Below are positions 8,006 to 17,430 of a stretch of DNA of 29,465 bases, one piece after another. Position 1 is the stretch's first letter, and the number at the start of each line of letters is the position of its first letter. A program made the position numbers and the translations under genes. The stretch is taken from positions 1 to 29,465 of the IMG/VR virus record IMGVR_UViG_3300037511_000468, one strand, 5' to 3'. The stretch comes from a virus. Its lineage: Duplodnaviria > Caudoviricetes. The notes beneath the pieces were generated by a model. That model did not search any database. It worked only from the letters and a program-made list of their open reading frames with translations, and had not been told where the DNA came from.

Positions 8006-8299
8006 TCAGACCCGGCGCGTGGCGCGCGCGGCCTTGAGCGCCGAGAGCGAGAGCTGGCCCGGCTTGTGGGCGGTGTTGAACGCGGTCAGGTAGACGATCG
8101 CCGCGGACAGCAGCGAGTAGGCCGGGGTCTCCAGCCAGTCCGGCAGGGACTTGATCATGTCCGAGTCGACCGAGGTCAGGACGGTCAGGCCGGCGAGGGA
8201 GAGCACGAAGGCCGCGAGCGTCGCCGCCCAGGTCTTCGTCTCGGTCTTGCCCTTGCCGTCGGCCACCGGCTCGGTGACCGGAGCGTCGAAGTCGCTCAT
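8006..8299 (-). CDS. Holin-like protein (2 TM)
   Basis: Two hydrophobic helices and a basic C-terminus; last gene of the lysis cassette; ggaagga RBS before MSDFDAP. Confidence 0.7.
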   Translation of the reverse strand: MSDFDAPVTEPVADGKGKTETKTWAATLAAFVLSLAGLTVLTSVDSDMIKSLPDWLETPAYSLLSAAIVYLTAFNTAHKPGQLSLSALKAARATRRV

Positions 8300-8331
8300 G
8301 GGTTTGGTTCCTTCCGTGGGGTGGACAGCGC

Positions 8332-8721
8332 TCACCGGAGGGAGGCGCTGGGCTCCTTACCGCAGACGCTCTGCGGCAGTTCCGGCAGCGGCGTACGCGC
8401 GCGCCGGGCGTCGGTCTGCTTGCGGATCTCGAAGTACCGGTCGATGGCCTTCAGCTCCGCCTGGCGGTCGCCGGAGCGCTGCGCGACGCGTACGACGTCG
8501 GTGGCTTCTCGCTCCTCGCGCGCTGCGATGCTCGCCTCACGCTGGTACTGGATCAGGATCTCGACCTGACGGGCATTGCAGTTGACGTAGTTGCGCTGCT
8601 GGATCCCGCTGATGGTCATGATGACCAGGCCTGCCACCGAGACGATGAACAGACCGAGCCAGACCATCCGCCGCTTCACGCTCTCGCGCGGTCGGCTGGA
8701 CCGGTTCTCGGGAGTTTCCAT
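8332..8721 (-). CDS. Single-TM membrane protein of the lysis cassette
   Basis: N-terminal TM, then a helical domain bracketed by two Cys. Confidence 0.75.
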   Translation of the reverse strand: METPENRSSRPRESVKRRMVWLGLFIVSVAGLVIMTISGIQQRNYVNCNARQVEILIQYQREASIAAREEREATDVVRVAQRSGDRQAELKAIDRYFEIRKQTDARRARTPLPELPQSVCGKEPSASLR

Positions 8722-8870
8722 CAGTGGTTGCCCTCCTTGCTGCGGCGAGGAACCTTCTGCGTGGGCGGCCGGAGAGCAGCCGCTGCCAGCGGGTAAGTCA
8801 CCATCGCGGCTCCGATGAGCCAGGCGAGTGCCGGTGCCGTGCTGAGCAGCTCGTTCACTACTTCGTTCAT
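8721..8870 (-). CDS. Small single-TM protein (49 aa; not in ORF track)
   Basis: MNEVVNELLSTAPALAWLIGAAMVTYPLAAAALRPPTQKVPRRSKEGNH. aaggag RBS; ATGA and TGATG overlaps with both neighbours. Confidence 0.7.
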   Translation of the reverse strand: MNEVVNELLSTAPALAWLIGAAMVTYPLAAAALRPPTQKVPRRSKEGNH

Positions 8871-9094
8871 GGAAGCTCCTTCTGCGGGTCGCGGTCGGTG
8901 ACCTCGGGCCCGCGGCGATCAGTGTTGCCGTCGGAGCTGCGGAAGAGCGCCATCAGTGCACCAATACCCACACCGGGCACTGCCCACAGCTCGGCCGGCA
9001 CGGTGCCGGTCTTCCAGGCCGTGATGATCGTGACGGCGATCCAGCCCACCATGAAGCAGCCAAGAATCACATCCCGTATCTGCATGGCCACCAC
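8867..9094 (-). CDS. 2-TM membrane protein (holin-like)
   Basis: Two hydrophobic segments directly downstream of the endolysin. Start is GTG 9094 or ATG 9085. Confidence 0.7.
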   Translation of the reverse strand: MVAMQIRDVILGCFMVGWIAVTIITAWKTGTVPAELWAVPGVGIGALMALFRSSDGNTDRRGPEVTDRDPQKELP

Positions 9095-9151
9095 ATTTCA
9101 TATGCGTTGTTCAGTATGCCCGGTTTTCGCTGAACGCGGCGGCCCGGGATG

Positions 9152-9173
9152 AGGGCGGGCATGAGCCCGCCCT
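9152..9173 (-). terminator. Hairpin after endolysin
   Basis: agggcgggc-atga-gcccgccct. Confidence 0.45.
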
Positions 9174-9175
9174 GT

Positions 9176-10024
9176 TCAGCCGTTGTACTTCACCCCCATC
9201 GCGGCCCAGGTCTTGGGCCCGACGATTCCGTCTGCGCGCAGCCCGCGCATGTTCTGATACCACTTCACGCCAGCGGTGAACCGCGGGCCGGCGATGCCAT
9301 CGGCAGGGCCGATGTGCTTCGAGCTGATCCACTTCTGGACCCACTGCACGTCCGTGCCGCGCATGCCTTCCTTGACCTCGCGGGAGCCGCGGGCGTGGGA
9401 AGGCAGGCCACCGGTCGGCTTGACCGGCGGCTTCGCGGGTGTCGGCTGCGGCTTCGGCTTGTCGGTGACGACGCCGTGCCGCCGCAGCCACGCGTCTTCG
9501 CTCTCGCCCTTCAGGATGGAGAGCACCCGCTCCATGGCGTCCCTGGACTCATTGAAGAGTCGGATGAAGCTCAGGTGGATGTGCCACAGGTGGCTCTTGT
9601 CGCGACCCGAGTCAGGGCCCGAGTCGGCGCCCACGCCCAGCTGCTTGCCGCCGACCAGCACGTAGCAGTAGACGCTCTTGCTGTCCTTGGTGCCGATGAA
9701 CTCCCGCAGGATCGGCTTGCCGTCGATGAACAACCGCTTGTCGCGGGCGCGCATCGCTGCGTCGAGGCGCTTCGAGTACTTGCGCATCGCGGCGTCGGAC
9801 ATGGACAGGTCGATCGCCGAGCACTTCGTGCCGGAGCCCTTGCGGTCGTTGGCGACGTCCTCGACGGAGTAGTCCGTCTTCTTCAGCCGGTCCCGGTACG
9901 AGTGGTACCCCGGCTTCTCCGCGTACGTGCCGCCGTACTGCGCGGACGGTTCGATCTTCTTGAACTCGGTCCAGAACCACCAGAGGGCGTCGCTGGTTCG
10001 AGTCGGGTTGGGGTTACTGGCCAT
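9176..10024 (-). CDS. Endolysin: Zn-peptidase (M15-like) domain plus peptidoglycan-binding domain
   Basis: GYH...AID...HLWHIH motifs, Pro/Lys linker, and C-terminal GTDV..VQ...ADGIAGP...Q...GLRADGIVGPKTW (PG_binding_1). Start MASNPNP. Confidence 0.88.
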   Translation of the reverse strand: MASNPNPTRTSDALWWFWTEFKKIEPSAQYGGTYAEKPGYHSYRDRLKKTDYSVEDVANDRKGSGTKCSAIDLSMSDAAMRKYSKRLDAAMRARDKRLFIDGKPILREFIGTKDSKSVYCYVLVGGKQLGVGADSGPDSGRDKSHLWHIHLSFIRLFNESRDAMERVLSILKGESEDAWLRRHGVVTDKPKPQPTPAKPPVKPTGGLPSHARGSREVKEGMRGTDVQWVQKWISSKHIGPADGIAGPRFTAGVKWYQNMRGLRADGIVGPKTWAAMGVKYNG

Positions 10025-10352
10025 CGGTGGGCACCTCGCCTTCGCCCCCGCCTTCGCCGCCGCCCGGGTCACCTTCGCCCGGGTCGGGCTGGCCGGGGTC
10101 GTTGCCCGGCACGGCCATGACGTCGTAGCCCTGCTCGGCGGCCTGAATGGCCAGGTTCTCGTCGAGCTGGCGTGCGCCGGTGACCGGGTCGGAGTTCTCG
10201 TCGATCTTCAGGTCGTAGTAGGAGCCGCCGTCGTTGCTCACGTAGAGCCACGCGAGCGACGCCTGGGCATCGACCACCAGGACGCCGAGATCGCTCCTGA
10301 CGGTCAGCTTGCGGTCGGCCACGGGGCCGTCCCGGAAGATGGCGTCGTGCAT
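10014..10352 (-). CDS. Hypothetical late protein
   Basis: ggaggg RBS; acidic protein with a Gly/Pro tail. Confidence 0.7.
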   Translation of the reverse strand: MHDAIFRDGPVADRKLTVRSDLGVLVVDAQASLAWLYVSNDGGSYYDLKIDENSDPVTGARQLDENLAIQAAEQGYDVMAVPGNDPGQPDPGEGDPGGGEGGGEGEVPTDGQ

Positions 10353-10382
10353 GTTCCCTCCTGCGGGGTGGGCTGGCGTTGC

Positions 10383-11093
10383 TCAGCGGATGGGAGCGCC
10401 GACGCGCCAGCCAGCGGTGGAGAGGGGCGCGCGGAGCCGGATGGACCAGACGTGGGCCTCGGCCATGGTCTTGTCGATGTTGATCGTGCGGTTCGTCGAT
10501 CCCGCGGGCAGCGCGCCGTTGGTGTCGGCGTACGAGGTGACCAGCTGCGGGGTCGTGCCGGTGGCGCTGGCTCGCATGTCGAAGACCTCGAAGTCGGCCG
10601 GGTTGGCTGCGGTGAACTCGGTGGCCCCCGCATCGCCGGGGCTCTGCCGCGCGGTGACCAGCGTCAGGAGCCAGTCGCCGTCGGCCACGGTCTGGGCAGT
10701 GCTGCTGAACGAAGTGCCGGAGCCGGTGTTCGGTCCTGCCGCGGTGGGAGCGATCGTGAGGTCCGATCCGCTGTATCCCACCAGGGCGGAGGTCATCCGG
10801 CCTGCGGCACTCCATGTCCAGGTCTGGGTCGCATCCGTGTCGTCGTCGACCAGGATGTCGCGGTAGAACACTGCGGAGGCCAGCGTCGTGGTGGGCTTGT
10901 AGAGCGTGCCCACCTGAGTCCATCCGGCCGGCACGCCGGTGATCGTCGGGTTGGTGGCGATGCTGGCCAGGAAGGCCACTACGCGGTCGCCCGGCTTGAG
11001 CGCGGTCATCAGCAGGGTCGGGTTGATGGTGGTGGCGCTGCCCGTGTTGGAGAAGGTGCCATTGACCGACAGCCCGTTGCGCTGGATGGCCAC
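10383..11093 (-). CDS. Minor tail/virion-associated beta-rich protein
   Basis: Thr/Ser/Ala-rich with a GD..VA...P.GWT motif; follows the tail fibre. Confidence 0.7.
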   Translation of the reverse strand: MAIQRNGLSVNGTFSNTGSATTINPTLLMTALKPGDRVVAFLASIATNPTITGVPAGWTQVGTLYKPTTTLASAVFYRDILVDDDTDATQTWTWSAAGRMTSALVGYSGSDLTIAPTAAGPNTGSGTSFSSTAQTVADGDWLLTLVTARQSPGDAGATEFTAANPADFEVFDMRASATGTTPQLVTSYADTNGALPAGSTNRTINIDKTMAEAHVWSIRLRAPLSTAGWRVGAPIR

Positions 11094-13066
11094 TAGGACA
11101 CCTCCACCTGCACGATCAGGTCAGCACCGGCCACCGTAGATCCTACCTGGTCGATGTCTACGCTGATCCGGCCGCCGACCGGGACGGTCACGGTGTCCAT
11201 GTTGGTGACCTTGCCGGACGTGGTGGCCGCAGCGGCGATGGTAGGCCGGTTCGCCTGCGTGGTGAACGCCGTCGTACCGCTGATGTTGACGTCCACGATG
11301 ATCGATGCACCGGTCGGCGCGGTGCCGACTGTGGCGCGCACCGATCGGATCCGGACCGGATACGGCGTGTCGTTGTACCAGCTGAAGACACCGGCGCCGA
11401 CCTTGCCTGACAGCGAGCCCGCCATCGTCCAGGGACCGACGCTGCGCAGCGGGCTGTTCGGGCCGACCCGCAGCGCGTTTGCCACAGTGCCGGTGCCCTC
11501 GACCACGCCGCGGGTCACCAGGGCGGTGCCCAGCGAGACGTTCGTGGTCGTGCCCGAGATCGCGTAGACGTGGACGTCGTACTCGTTGGGGATGTTGCCG
11601 CTCTGGCCGCCGGTGTCACTGATCAGCGTGGTGGTAGCGCCAGCCTCGATCTCCAACTCGTGGAACCTGAACTTGTGGCCGTAGCCGCCGGTGGATGCCG
11701 CCTGAGCCCCGTTGCGGATGTTGGCATACGTGACGTCGAACTCGCACTCGTAGACCGATCCCTCGCTGCGGATCACGATCGCGGCGCCCTTGACCTCGCC
11801 GTTGATCACCTTGATGCCGGACATCAGGCCACTGGGGGTCGCCAGGTTCCAGCCTCGCGTGTTGGTGTAGACCGGGTCGATCTTCACCGAGCAGTTCTGG
11901 AAGGTGACGTTGCGCGTCACGCCGGCATCGGTGGAGAGGCGGAAGCCAGTCGCGCCGGTGCCCGCGGCGAGCACGTGACAGCGGCGGACCATGCCGTAGC
12001 CGCCCTGCATGCCGCCGTCCTCGTTGACGATCTCGATGCCGCCGATGACGCCGTACATCAGCACGTCCTCGACGGTGAACTGCAACGCCGACTTCAGGCT
12101 GATCGCGTACTGCGAGTGCGTGCCGTCGTTCGGGCCGATGATGTTGACCCGGCGGATGCTGCCGTTGTAGAAGCCGCGGACCTCAGCGCCGACCGTAGTG
12201 GTCTTGCTGGAGTAGATCGCGCGGGAGGCGCCGGTCACGGTGAACTGCATGTCGTAGATGTGCGCGCTGACGCCCTTGGTCAGGTTGATCGCGCCGAGCA
12301 CACCGGAGCCGACGACCAGCTTGGTCGAGGTGTTGCCGCAGCCGAAGAGGTGGCGCGACGTGTTGAGAGTGGCGTTGTCAGGGCCGGACATGACCACTGG
12401 AGTCGCGATGTTGAAGGTGCCGGGGCTCAGGCCGACCTTCATGCCGAGGGCGTTGTCGAGCGCTGCCTGGATCTGGACGTTGTCGGCTACGCCGTCGCAC
12501 AGGTAGGCCGCGGCGCTGAAGGAGCCGGGTGCATCCGAGGCTGCCACCCAGATGGTGTCCGAGAGCGGGATCGGGGCGCCGCCCGCGCCGTACGTGCCGT
12601 CGACCTGCTTGATGATCGTCGACCCGACCGGGGCCGTGTCGATCGACTCGGAGTCGATGCCGATCAGCGCGCCGAAGGCGATGTTCAGCGGGTTCGGGTT
12701 ACCGCTGGTGAGCAGGTTGTCGACGGCCAGCTTGACCGGAGCCATCACCTCGGTCGTGTTGTTGGGCGTCATCAGAACGCGCGGGGAACCGTTGATGGAG
12801 ACCCACAGCTCGTAGACCTCGTCCGGACCCCAGAAGATGGGGAGCTGGCCGCGCGCAGGGCCCACCGGCGCCGTGCTGCCGTCGCTGGTGGTGATGTAGG
12901 TGGTCGCGTTGCCGTCCTCGTCGAGCAGGTCGGTCACCGCGCTGGCGGCCGGGTCCGGGCCGTCGAAGAAGAAGGCGTTGAAGCCACCACCGGCGTGCAG
13001 GTCGCCATCGGTGTCCTCGAACATGTAGACGTCCTGCGGGCCGCCACCGAACCGATACCGAGCCAT
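11093..13066 (-). CDS. Tail fibre/tailspike with pectin-lyase-like beta-helix
   Basis: CDGVADNVQIQAALD...LSPGTFNI entry motif and Gly/Asn-rich repeats; located after the baseplate genes. Confidence 0.8.
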   Translation of the reverse strand: MARYRFGGGPQDVYMFEDTDGDLHAGGGFNAFFFDGPDPAASAVTDLLDEDGNATTYITTSDGSTAPVGPARGQLPIFWGPDEVYELWVSINGSPRVLMTPNNTTEVMAPVKLAVDNLLTSGNPNPLNIAFGALIGIDSESIDTAPVGSTIIKQVDGTYGAGGAPIPLSDTIWVAASDAPGSFSAAAYLCDGVADNVQIQAALDNALGMKVGLSPGTFNIATPVVMSGPDNATLNTSRHLFGCGNTSTKLVVGSGVLGAINLTKGVSAHIYDMQFTVTGASRAIYSSKTTTVGAEVRGFYNGSIRRVNIIGPNDGTHSQYAISLKSALQFTVEDVLMYGVIGGIEIVNEDGGMQGGYGMVRRCHVLAAGTGATGFRLSTDAGVTRNVTFQNCSVKIDPVYTNTRGWNLATPSGLMSGIKVINGEVKGAAIVIRSEGSVYECEFDVTYANIRNGAQAASTGGYGHKFRFHELEIEAGATTTLISDTGGQSGNIPNEYDVHVYAISGTTTNVSLGTALVTRGVVEGTGTVANALRVGPNSPLRSVGPWTMAGSLSGKVGAGVFSWYNDTPYPVRIRSVRATVGTAPTGASIIVDVNISGTTAFTTQANRPTIAAAATTSGKVTNMDTVTVPVGGRISVDIDQVGSTVAGADLIVQVEVS

Positions 13067-13079
13067 GTGGCCCCTCCTC

Positions 13080-14033
13080 TCAGGACTTGACCGGCCAGGT
13101 CATCGGGCCGAAGTGGACGAACATGCCGGCCTTGAGCAGCTCGTGGTCGAAGAGCGTGACCTTGCCATCGTCGCGGTCCACGAAGATGCGAACCTGAGCG
13201 TTGCCGGTCATCGCGCCGTCGCCGTACTGATTCAGCGCGGGCCGGTAGGAATCCGGCAGCGTGCAGATCGGGATGTCCGTTCCGGGCTGGGCGTCGCTGA
13301 GCCCGTTCTTCCGGTAGATCATCGCCTGGAACATCACCCAGCCGTTGCGCCGCGTGGCGTAGCAGTAGAACCGGTCCGGATCCCAGCTGCCGTTCGCGGT
13401 GAAGGTGTACGGCGAGGCATCCTCGGCGAACAGGTGCCACTTCGAGGCGAGCCCGAGGTAGCCGCGGCCGGTGTCGTACTCCGTCCAGACCGAGCCGGGC
13501 TTCACGGCCGGACGAGTGCTGGAGTGGCCGATCACGTTCGGTTCGGCCAGCCAGAACTCGTAGCTGGTGACGTCGCCGCTGGCGATGTTGGTCGCACCGT
13601 TGTTGACGCGTACCGAGGCGATCGGCACCTCGTACCGGCCGGTGGTGGTCGTCTGCTGCGTCACCGCGGGCAGCGTCGGGACGGCGGCCGGTGTGCCCTG
13701 GATGACCTGGAGCCGGACGGTGAAGTTCGTCCGGTCCAGCCGCAGCACCACGAGGTCCAGCCGGGGGTTACCGGAGGAGTTCGCGTTGAGCGAGACGATG
13801 AGCCCCTCGTCGCCCGCCTCCCAGCGGAAGCCGCGGACCAGGTAGGCAGTGTTGGCGCGCACCTTGAACCGCCGACCGGTGGAGTCGGCGTAGACGATCG
13901 GCGTGGTCGTCAGCGTGTTGCCGGTGACGTCCAGGTCGATCCGGCCGTTCGCGGTGACGCGGGCCATCAGCCTCTCGTAGGCGGCGTCGGTGACGCCCTG
14001 GCCGTTGGCGTATGGGAACGAAGTCTCCGGCAT
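13080..14033 (-). CDS. Minor tail (baseplate) protein
   Basis: NPRLDLVVLRLD...GTP...YEVPIASVRV motif; directly after Tal. Confidence 0.8.
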   Translation of the reverse strand: MPETSFPYANGQGVTDAAYERLMARVTANGRIDLDVTGNTLTTTPIVYADSTGRRFKVRANTAYLVRGFRWEAGDEGLIVSLNANSSGNPRLDLVVLRLDRTNFTVRLQVIQGTPAAVPTLPAVTQQTTTTGRYEVPIASVRVNNGATNIASGDVTSYEFWLAEPNVIGHSSTRPAVKPGSVWTEYDTGRGYLGLASKWHLFAEDASPYTFTANGSWDPDRFYCYATRRNGWVMFQAMIYRKNGLSDAQPGTDIPICTLPDSYRPALNQYGDGAMTGNAQVRIFVDRDDGKVTLFDHELLKAGMFVHFGPMTWPVKS

Positions 14034-14061
14034 CAGCCGCCTCCTTCATGCGATAGGTGGG

Positions 14062-16344
14062 TCATCCGAGTCGGCGCTCCTGGCGGCCGACGCGGCGTTC
14101 GAGGTTGCGCATCCGCTTGGCCCAGGCCGAGTCGTAGCGCGCTGACTGGTCGCCGATCGTCAGGCCGACGACTTCGCCCGCGGTGGGCCAGGCCTGAACG
14201 TTGATCGTCTGGATGGGAGCGATCTCGTACTCGTTCTCGTCCAGCTCGATGCTGACGACGTCGCCGATGTTGTAGTGGACGCCGAAGCGCTGGTCGACGG
14301 TGTCGCTGGCGTTGGTGGCCAGGCGCGAGGTCTCCAGCTTGTCGGCCATCTCGGAGGTAGCCGCATCGGTGGCCTGGGCGAGGGTCTGGCTGCCTGGCTG
14401 CGGCACGTAGCCCTCGAACCGTCCCCAGGCCAGCGAGTCCGGCTCGGTGGTGGCGATCTCGCGGATGAAGCGATCCGCGCCGTCGCCCTGGCCGCCGACC
14501 ATCGCGTGGGTCAGGCTGGGGATCTCCTGCTCGAAGGAGTAGTACTCCAGGTTTCCTCGACCGAACGAGAAGTGGATCTCGCCCGACAGATCACGCGAGC
14601 GGATCGGCTCGAACAGGATGACGTCCTGTCCGGCGATCTGCGTCTGCCGAGTCCGGAACCCGAGCGAGTCCGGATGGTAGATCGAGCTGCCGACCGGGTT
14701 GGCGCCGGCGAGCGCGATGTTACGCAGGACGTCGGTCAGCTTCTCCAGGCGTTCGCGCGGAGCGACGTCGCTGGTGTCTCCCAGAGCCACGGTGCCGGTC
14801 CCAGTGAGGCCGCTGTAGGCAGCGACCACCAGCTTGGGTACCCGACGCGGCACAAGCGCTCCTGGGCCCGCCTGCGTGTTGACCAGAGTCAGCATGGCCA
14901 ACTCGGGGTCACCCGAGAAGTTCCAGTAGTCCGTGGTCTGCTGGTCGATCGGCTTCGTCGGGTCCGGGAATGCAAGCCGGGCCGCGAGCCAGGACAGGTC
15001 GTCCACGAACGAGATCGTCAGCATGCCGACGCCACCGTTGTCACCGCTGTCGGCGCGTTCTCGGGTGAACTTCTCCAGCGGTCCGGAGAGTAGGACATGG
15101 AAGGTGCCGAGTACGCGCCGGAGGATCACGATGCGGGCGCCAGGAATCAGCTGCTGCCGGATGTACTGGTGGGCCGGGACGGTGATCATCCCCGAGCCGG
15201 GCTCCTTCCAGCGAATGGTGACCTGCAAGGTCTTCCACTCGTGGATCGGGTCGCCGAGCACTTGGAGGTTCGCGTCGGTGATCAGGATCGTGTAGTCCGC
15301 CGCCAGCAGGGCGGCTGAGGCCGGAGTGTCGACCGGGATACCGCCCGGCGGCAGCTCGATCGTCGTGGGCGGTACCACCGGGTTCGGCGGTGTGGGTGGG
15401 GTGGCCGGCTGAACCTGACTCGGGTTCGAGGAGTTCGCGATCCAGATCTGGTTGATCGTGTAGAGCGGCGGCGGGACCGGCACCCCGGCGTAGACGGCGT
15501 ACGTGTTGACCGCCGTCTGACGGATGTCCAGCTGGTAGTACCGGCTGGTGCCCAGGCCAGCCAGGAACGGCCGGGTCACCCGGTCATTGAGCCAGGCAGC
15601 GCCGATGAACGTCCAGAACGTAGTGCCTGCGGACCACGTGGCCATCTCGTCGTACATGGCCTGGATGGCGGTCTGCCGGGCCGTCCCGGTGGTGTCCGCC
15701 GGGATCCCGACCAGACCGATCTTCGGGATCAAGCGCGGGCGCGTGTCGGCCACCGAGAGCCGGTAGAGCTTGAAGTTCTGGAAGTAGCTGGCGCCCGCCG
15801 GGTACGCGGTCGCCACGGCTCCCGCGCCGTTGTCCGGCTCGATCAAGAAGTTCGCGCCGAAGAAGTCGGAGTACTCCAGGCCCGGGTCGAAGCGGGCGTA
15901 GTTGCCCATGCCGAGGCTGGGGTCTTCGGTCCACTCGTAGTCGACGACCGGACCGGCCTTGACCTTGGCGCGCACCACAGCGGGGAGCGCCTGGATGACG
16001 TTGTTGTACCAGTCCCGGTAGTTGTTGATGAAGAGGGTCTGGTTGGCCTCGTAGTCCGCTTCCGGTGCCGCGTGCTCGGTCACGTACAGCGTGGTGATCC
16101 AGCTCGGCATGTTCGAGAAGTGCTGGATCAGCGCCGGGTACTTCGACGAGTCACCGTCTACGCGCGTGCCGACGATCGGCTGGGCGCCGGTGGCCTTGCA
16201 GTACGCGAAGCGCGGGTCCTGCCAGGATGGCGGCATGCCGTCGCTGTTGGGCTCGATCCAGAACAGATCGTTGCCCATCAGCCGGGGCTGCCACGCGATC
16301 AGATCTTCCTTGGCGAGGGTGACACCTACGCGGTATGTCGGCAC
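14062..16344 (-). CDS. Tal/baseplate hub (ReqiPepy6 gp37-like) with N-terminal glycoside-hydrolase-like domain
   Basis: C-terminal ~410 aa carry Tal motifs (SGP.E, VGGQGDGADR, WGRFE, FGVHYNIGDVVS, coiled-coil end). Pro-rich linker at ~15320-15435; follows Dit. Confidence 0.8.
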   Translation of the reverse strand: MPTYRVGVTLAKEDLIAWQPRLMGNDLFWIEPNSDGMPPSWQDPRFAYCKATGAQPIVGTRVDGDSSKYPALIQHFSNMPSWITTLYVTEHAAPEADYEANQTLFINNYRDWYNNVIQALPAVVRAKVKAGPVVDYEWTEDPSLGMGNYARFDPGLEYSDFFGANFLIEPDNGAGAVATAYPAGASYFQNFKLYRLSVADTRPRLIPKIGLVGIPADTTGTARQTAIQAMYDEMATWSAGTTFWTFIGAAWLNDRVTRPFLAGLGTSRYYQLDIRQTAVNTYAVYAGVPVPPPLYTINQIWIANSSNPSQVQPATPPTPPNPVVPPTTIELPPGGIPVDTPASAALLAADYTILITDANLQVLGDPIHEWKTLQVTIRWKEPGSGMITVPAHQYIRQQLIPGARIVILRRVLGTFHVLLSGPLEKFTRERADSGDNGGVGMLTISFVDDLSWLAARLAFPDPTKPIDQQTTDYWNFSGDPELAMLTLVNTQAGPGALVPRRVPKLVVAAYSGLTGTGTVALGDTSDVAPRERLEKLTDVLRNIALAGANPVGSSIYHPDSLGFRTRQTQIAGQDVILFEPIRSRDLSGEIHFSFGRGNLEYYSFEQEIPSLTHAMVGGQGDGADRFIREIATTEPDSLAWGRFEGYVPQPGSQTLAQATDAATSEMADKLETSRLATNASDTVDQRFGVHYNIGDVVSIELDENEYEIAPIQTINVQAWPTAGEVVGLTIGDQSARYDSAWAKRMRNLERRVGRQERRLG

Positions 16345-16360
16345 GGCGTCTCCCGTCTGA

Positions 16361-17374
16361 TCAGGCGGTCTCGTGCCGCGGCGTGAAGGCCATCTGGATC
16401 TTCGTACCGGTCCCGGCGCCGTCGACCTGGAAGAGGATCTGGTTGACGCCGTCGGTCAGCGGCCAGAGGTAGGCGCCCCCAGCGACGTTGAACCAGTCGA
16501 CGTACTTGGACAGGTTGGCGTCACCTGGCCCTCGCACCGTTGGACGGTTCGTGGTGATCGTGATGCTCTGCCCGGCGGTCAGCGTGTAGGTCACCGCGAA
16601 GCGCAGACCGAGCGTCGCGTTCACGCAGGTGACCTTGGTGGCCGGGCCGGTGATCGTCCAGACCGGCCAGGCGTCGACATCGCCAGGGTTGTTGATCTCG
16701 GTGTTCGCGGTCTCGCCAGCGCCGGGGGCGGAGACGATCTGCGAGCTGGTGACGTACATGAACCGGGTGTAGAAGCTCGCGGGCTGGCCGGGCACGTCCG
16801 GGTTCTCCGGAGCGGTGAACGAGCGCTCCGCGGTTATCGGCCGGTCGCCGGACCAGTAGCCATCCGGGCAGTACAGCGTGATGACGTGCTTGGACCACAG
16901 GTGGCCCTGCTCCGCTTCGCCCTCGAAGCCCTGCTCGTAGTAGCAGGCGATCTCGCGGTACCGGCCGTCGGGTCGCTGGATGCGCAGGTAGCCGTGGGAC
17001 TTGCGCTGACTCGTCATGGTGAAGGCCCGCACGATCCGGCGCATGCGGTCGATGTACTGCTGGTGGTCGTCGCCGAAGACGTAGATCGGCCACTGCAACC
17101 GCCGCGGCTTGTTGCGGATGAAGCGCACCTGCTCGCCGCCGCGACTCAGTTCGTCGGTGACCAGCTCGATGGGCGCTGCGCCCCATGACGCTGGGCCGTT
17201 CATGGTGAACCAGCCCAGCTCGTCATCGGTGGTGCTGAGTGGCCACTCGATGCCCGTGGGGTCGATCCACGAGGCCGTCATCGTGCCTACGTCTTCGCGA
17301 TACGCGACCGTAGGCGGGGTGATGATCTCGGGTTCTTCCGGGACGACGAGCAGTCCGCCGGCGAGAATCGCCAT
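16361..17374 (-). CDS. Distal tail protein (Dit)
   Basis: Follows TMP; CPDGYW, INNPGDVDAWPVWTITGP and LWPL..GVN motifs. Confidence 0.88.
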   Translation of the reverse strand: MAILAGGLLVVPEEPEIITPPTVAYREDVGTMTASWIDPTGIEWPLSTTDDELGWFTMNGPASWGAAPIELVTDELSRGGEQVRFIRNKPRRLQWPIYVFGDDHQQYIDRMRRIVRAFTMTSQRKSHGYLRIQRPDGRYREIACYYEQGFEGEAEQGHLWSKHVITLYCPDGYWSGDRPITAERSFTAPENPDVPGQPASFYTRFMYVTSSQIVSAPGAGETANTEINNPGDVDAWPVWTITGPATKVTCVNATLGLRFAVTYTLTAGQSITITTNRPTVRGPGDANLSKYVDWFNVAGGAYLWPLTDGVNQILFQVDGAGTGTKIQMAFTPRHETA

Positions 17375-17398
17375 GCCTCACCCCTCTCGGTGGGTGCA

Positions 17399-17430
17399 GA
17401 CCTGCCGCGAGCCGTAGCCCGCGGCAGGTC
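17399..17430 (-). terminator. cUACGg-capped hairpin at the TMP stop
   Basis: Minus strand gacctgccgcgggc-tacg-gctcgcggcaggtc. Confidence 0.55.

Noticed and set aside
10383-14033. Diversity-generating retroelement or invertible tail-fibre system
   Set aside because: No reverse transcriptase, invertase or duplicated template/variable repeat was seen in the window.
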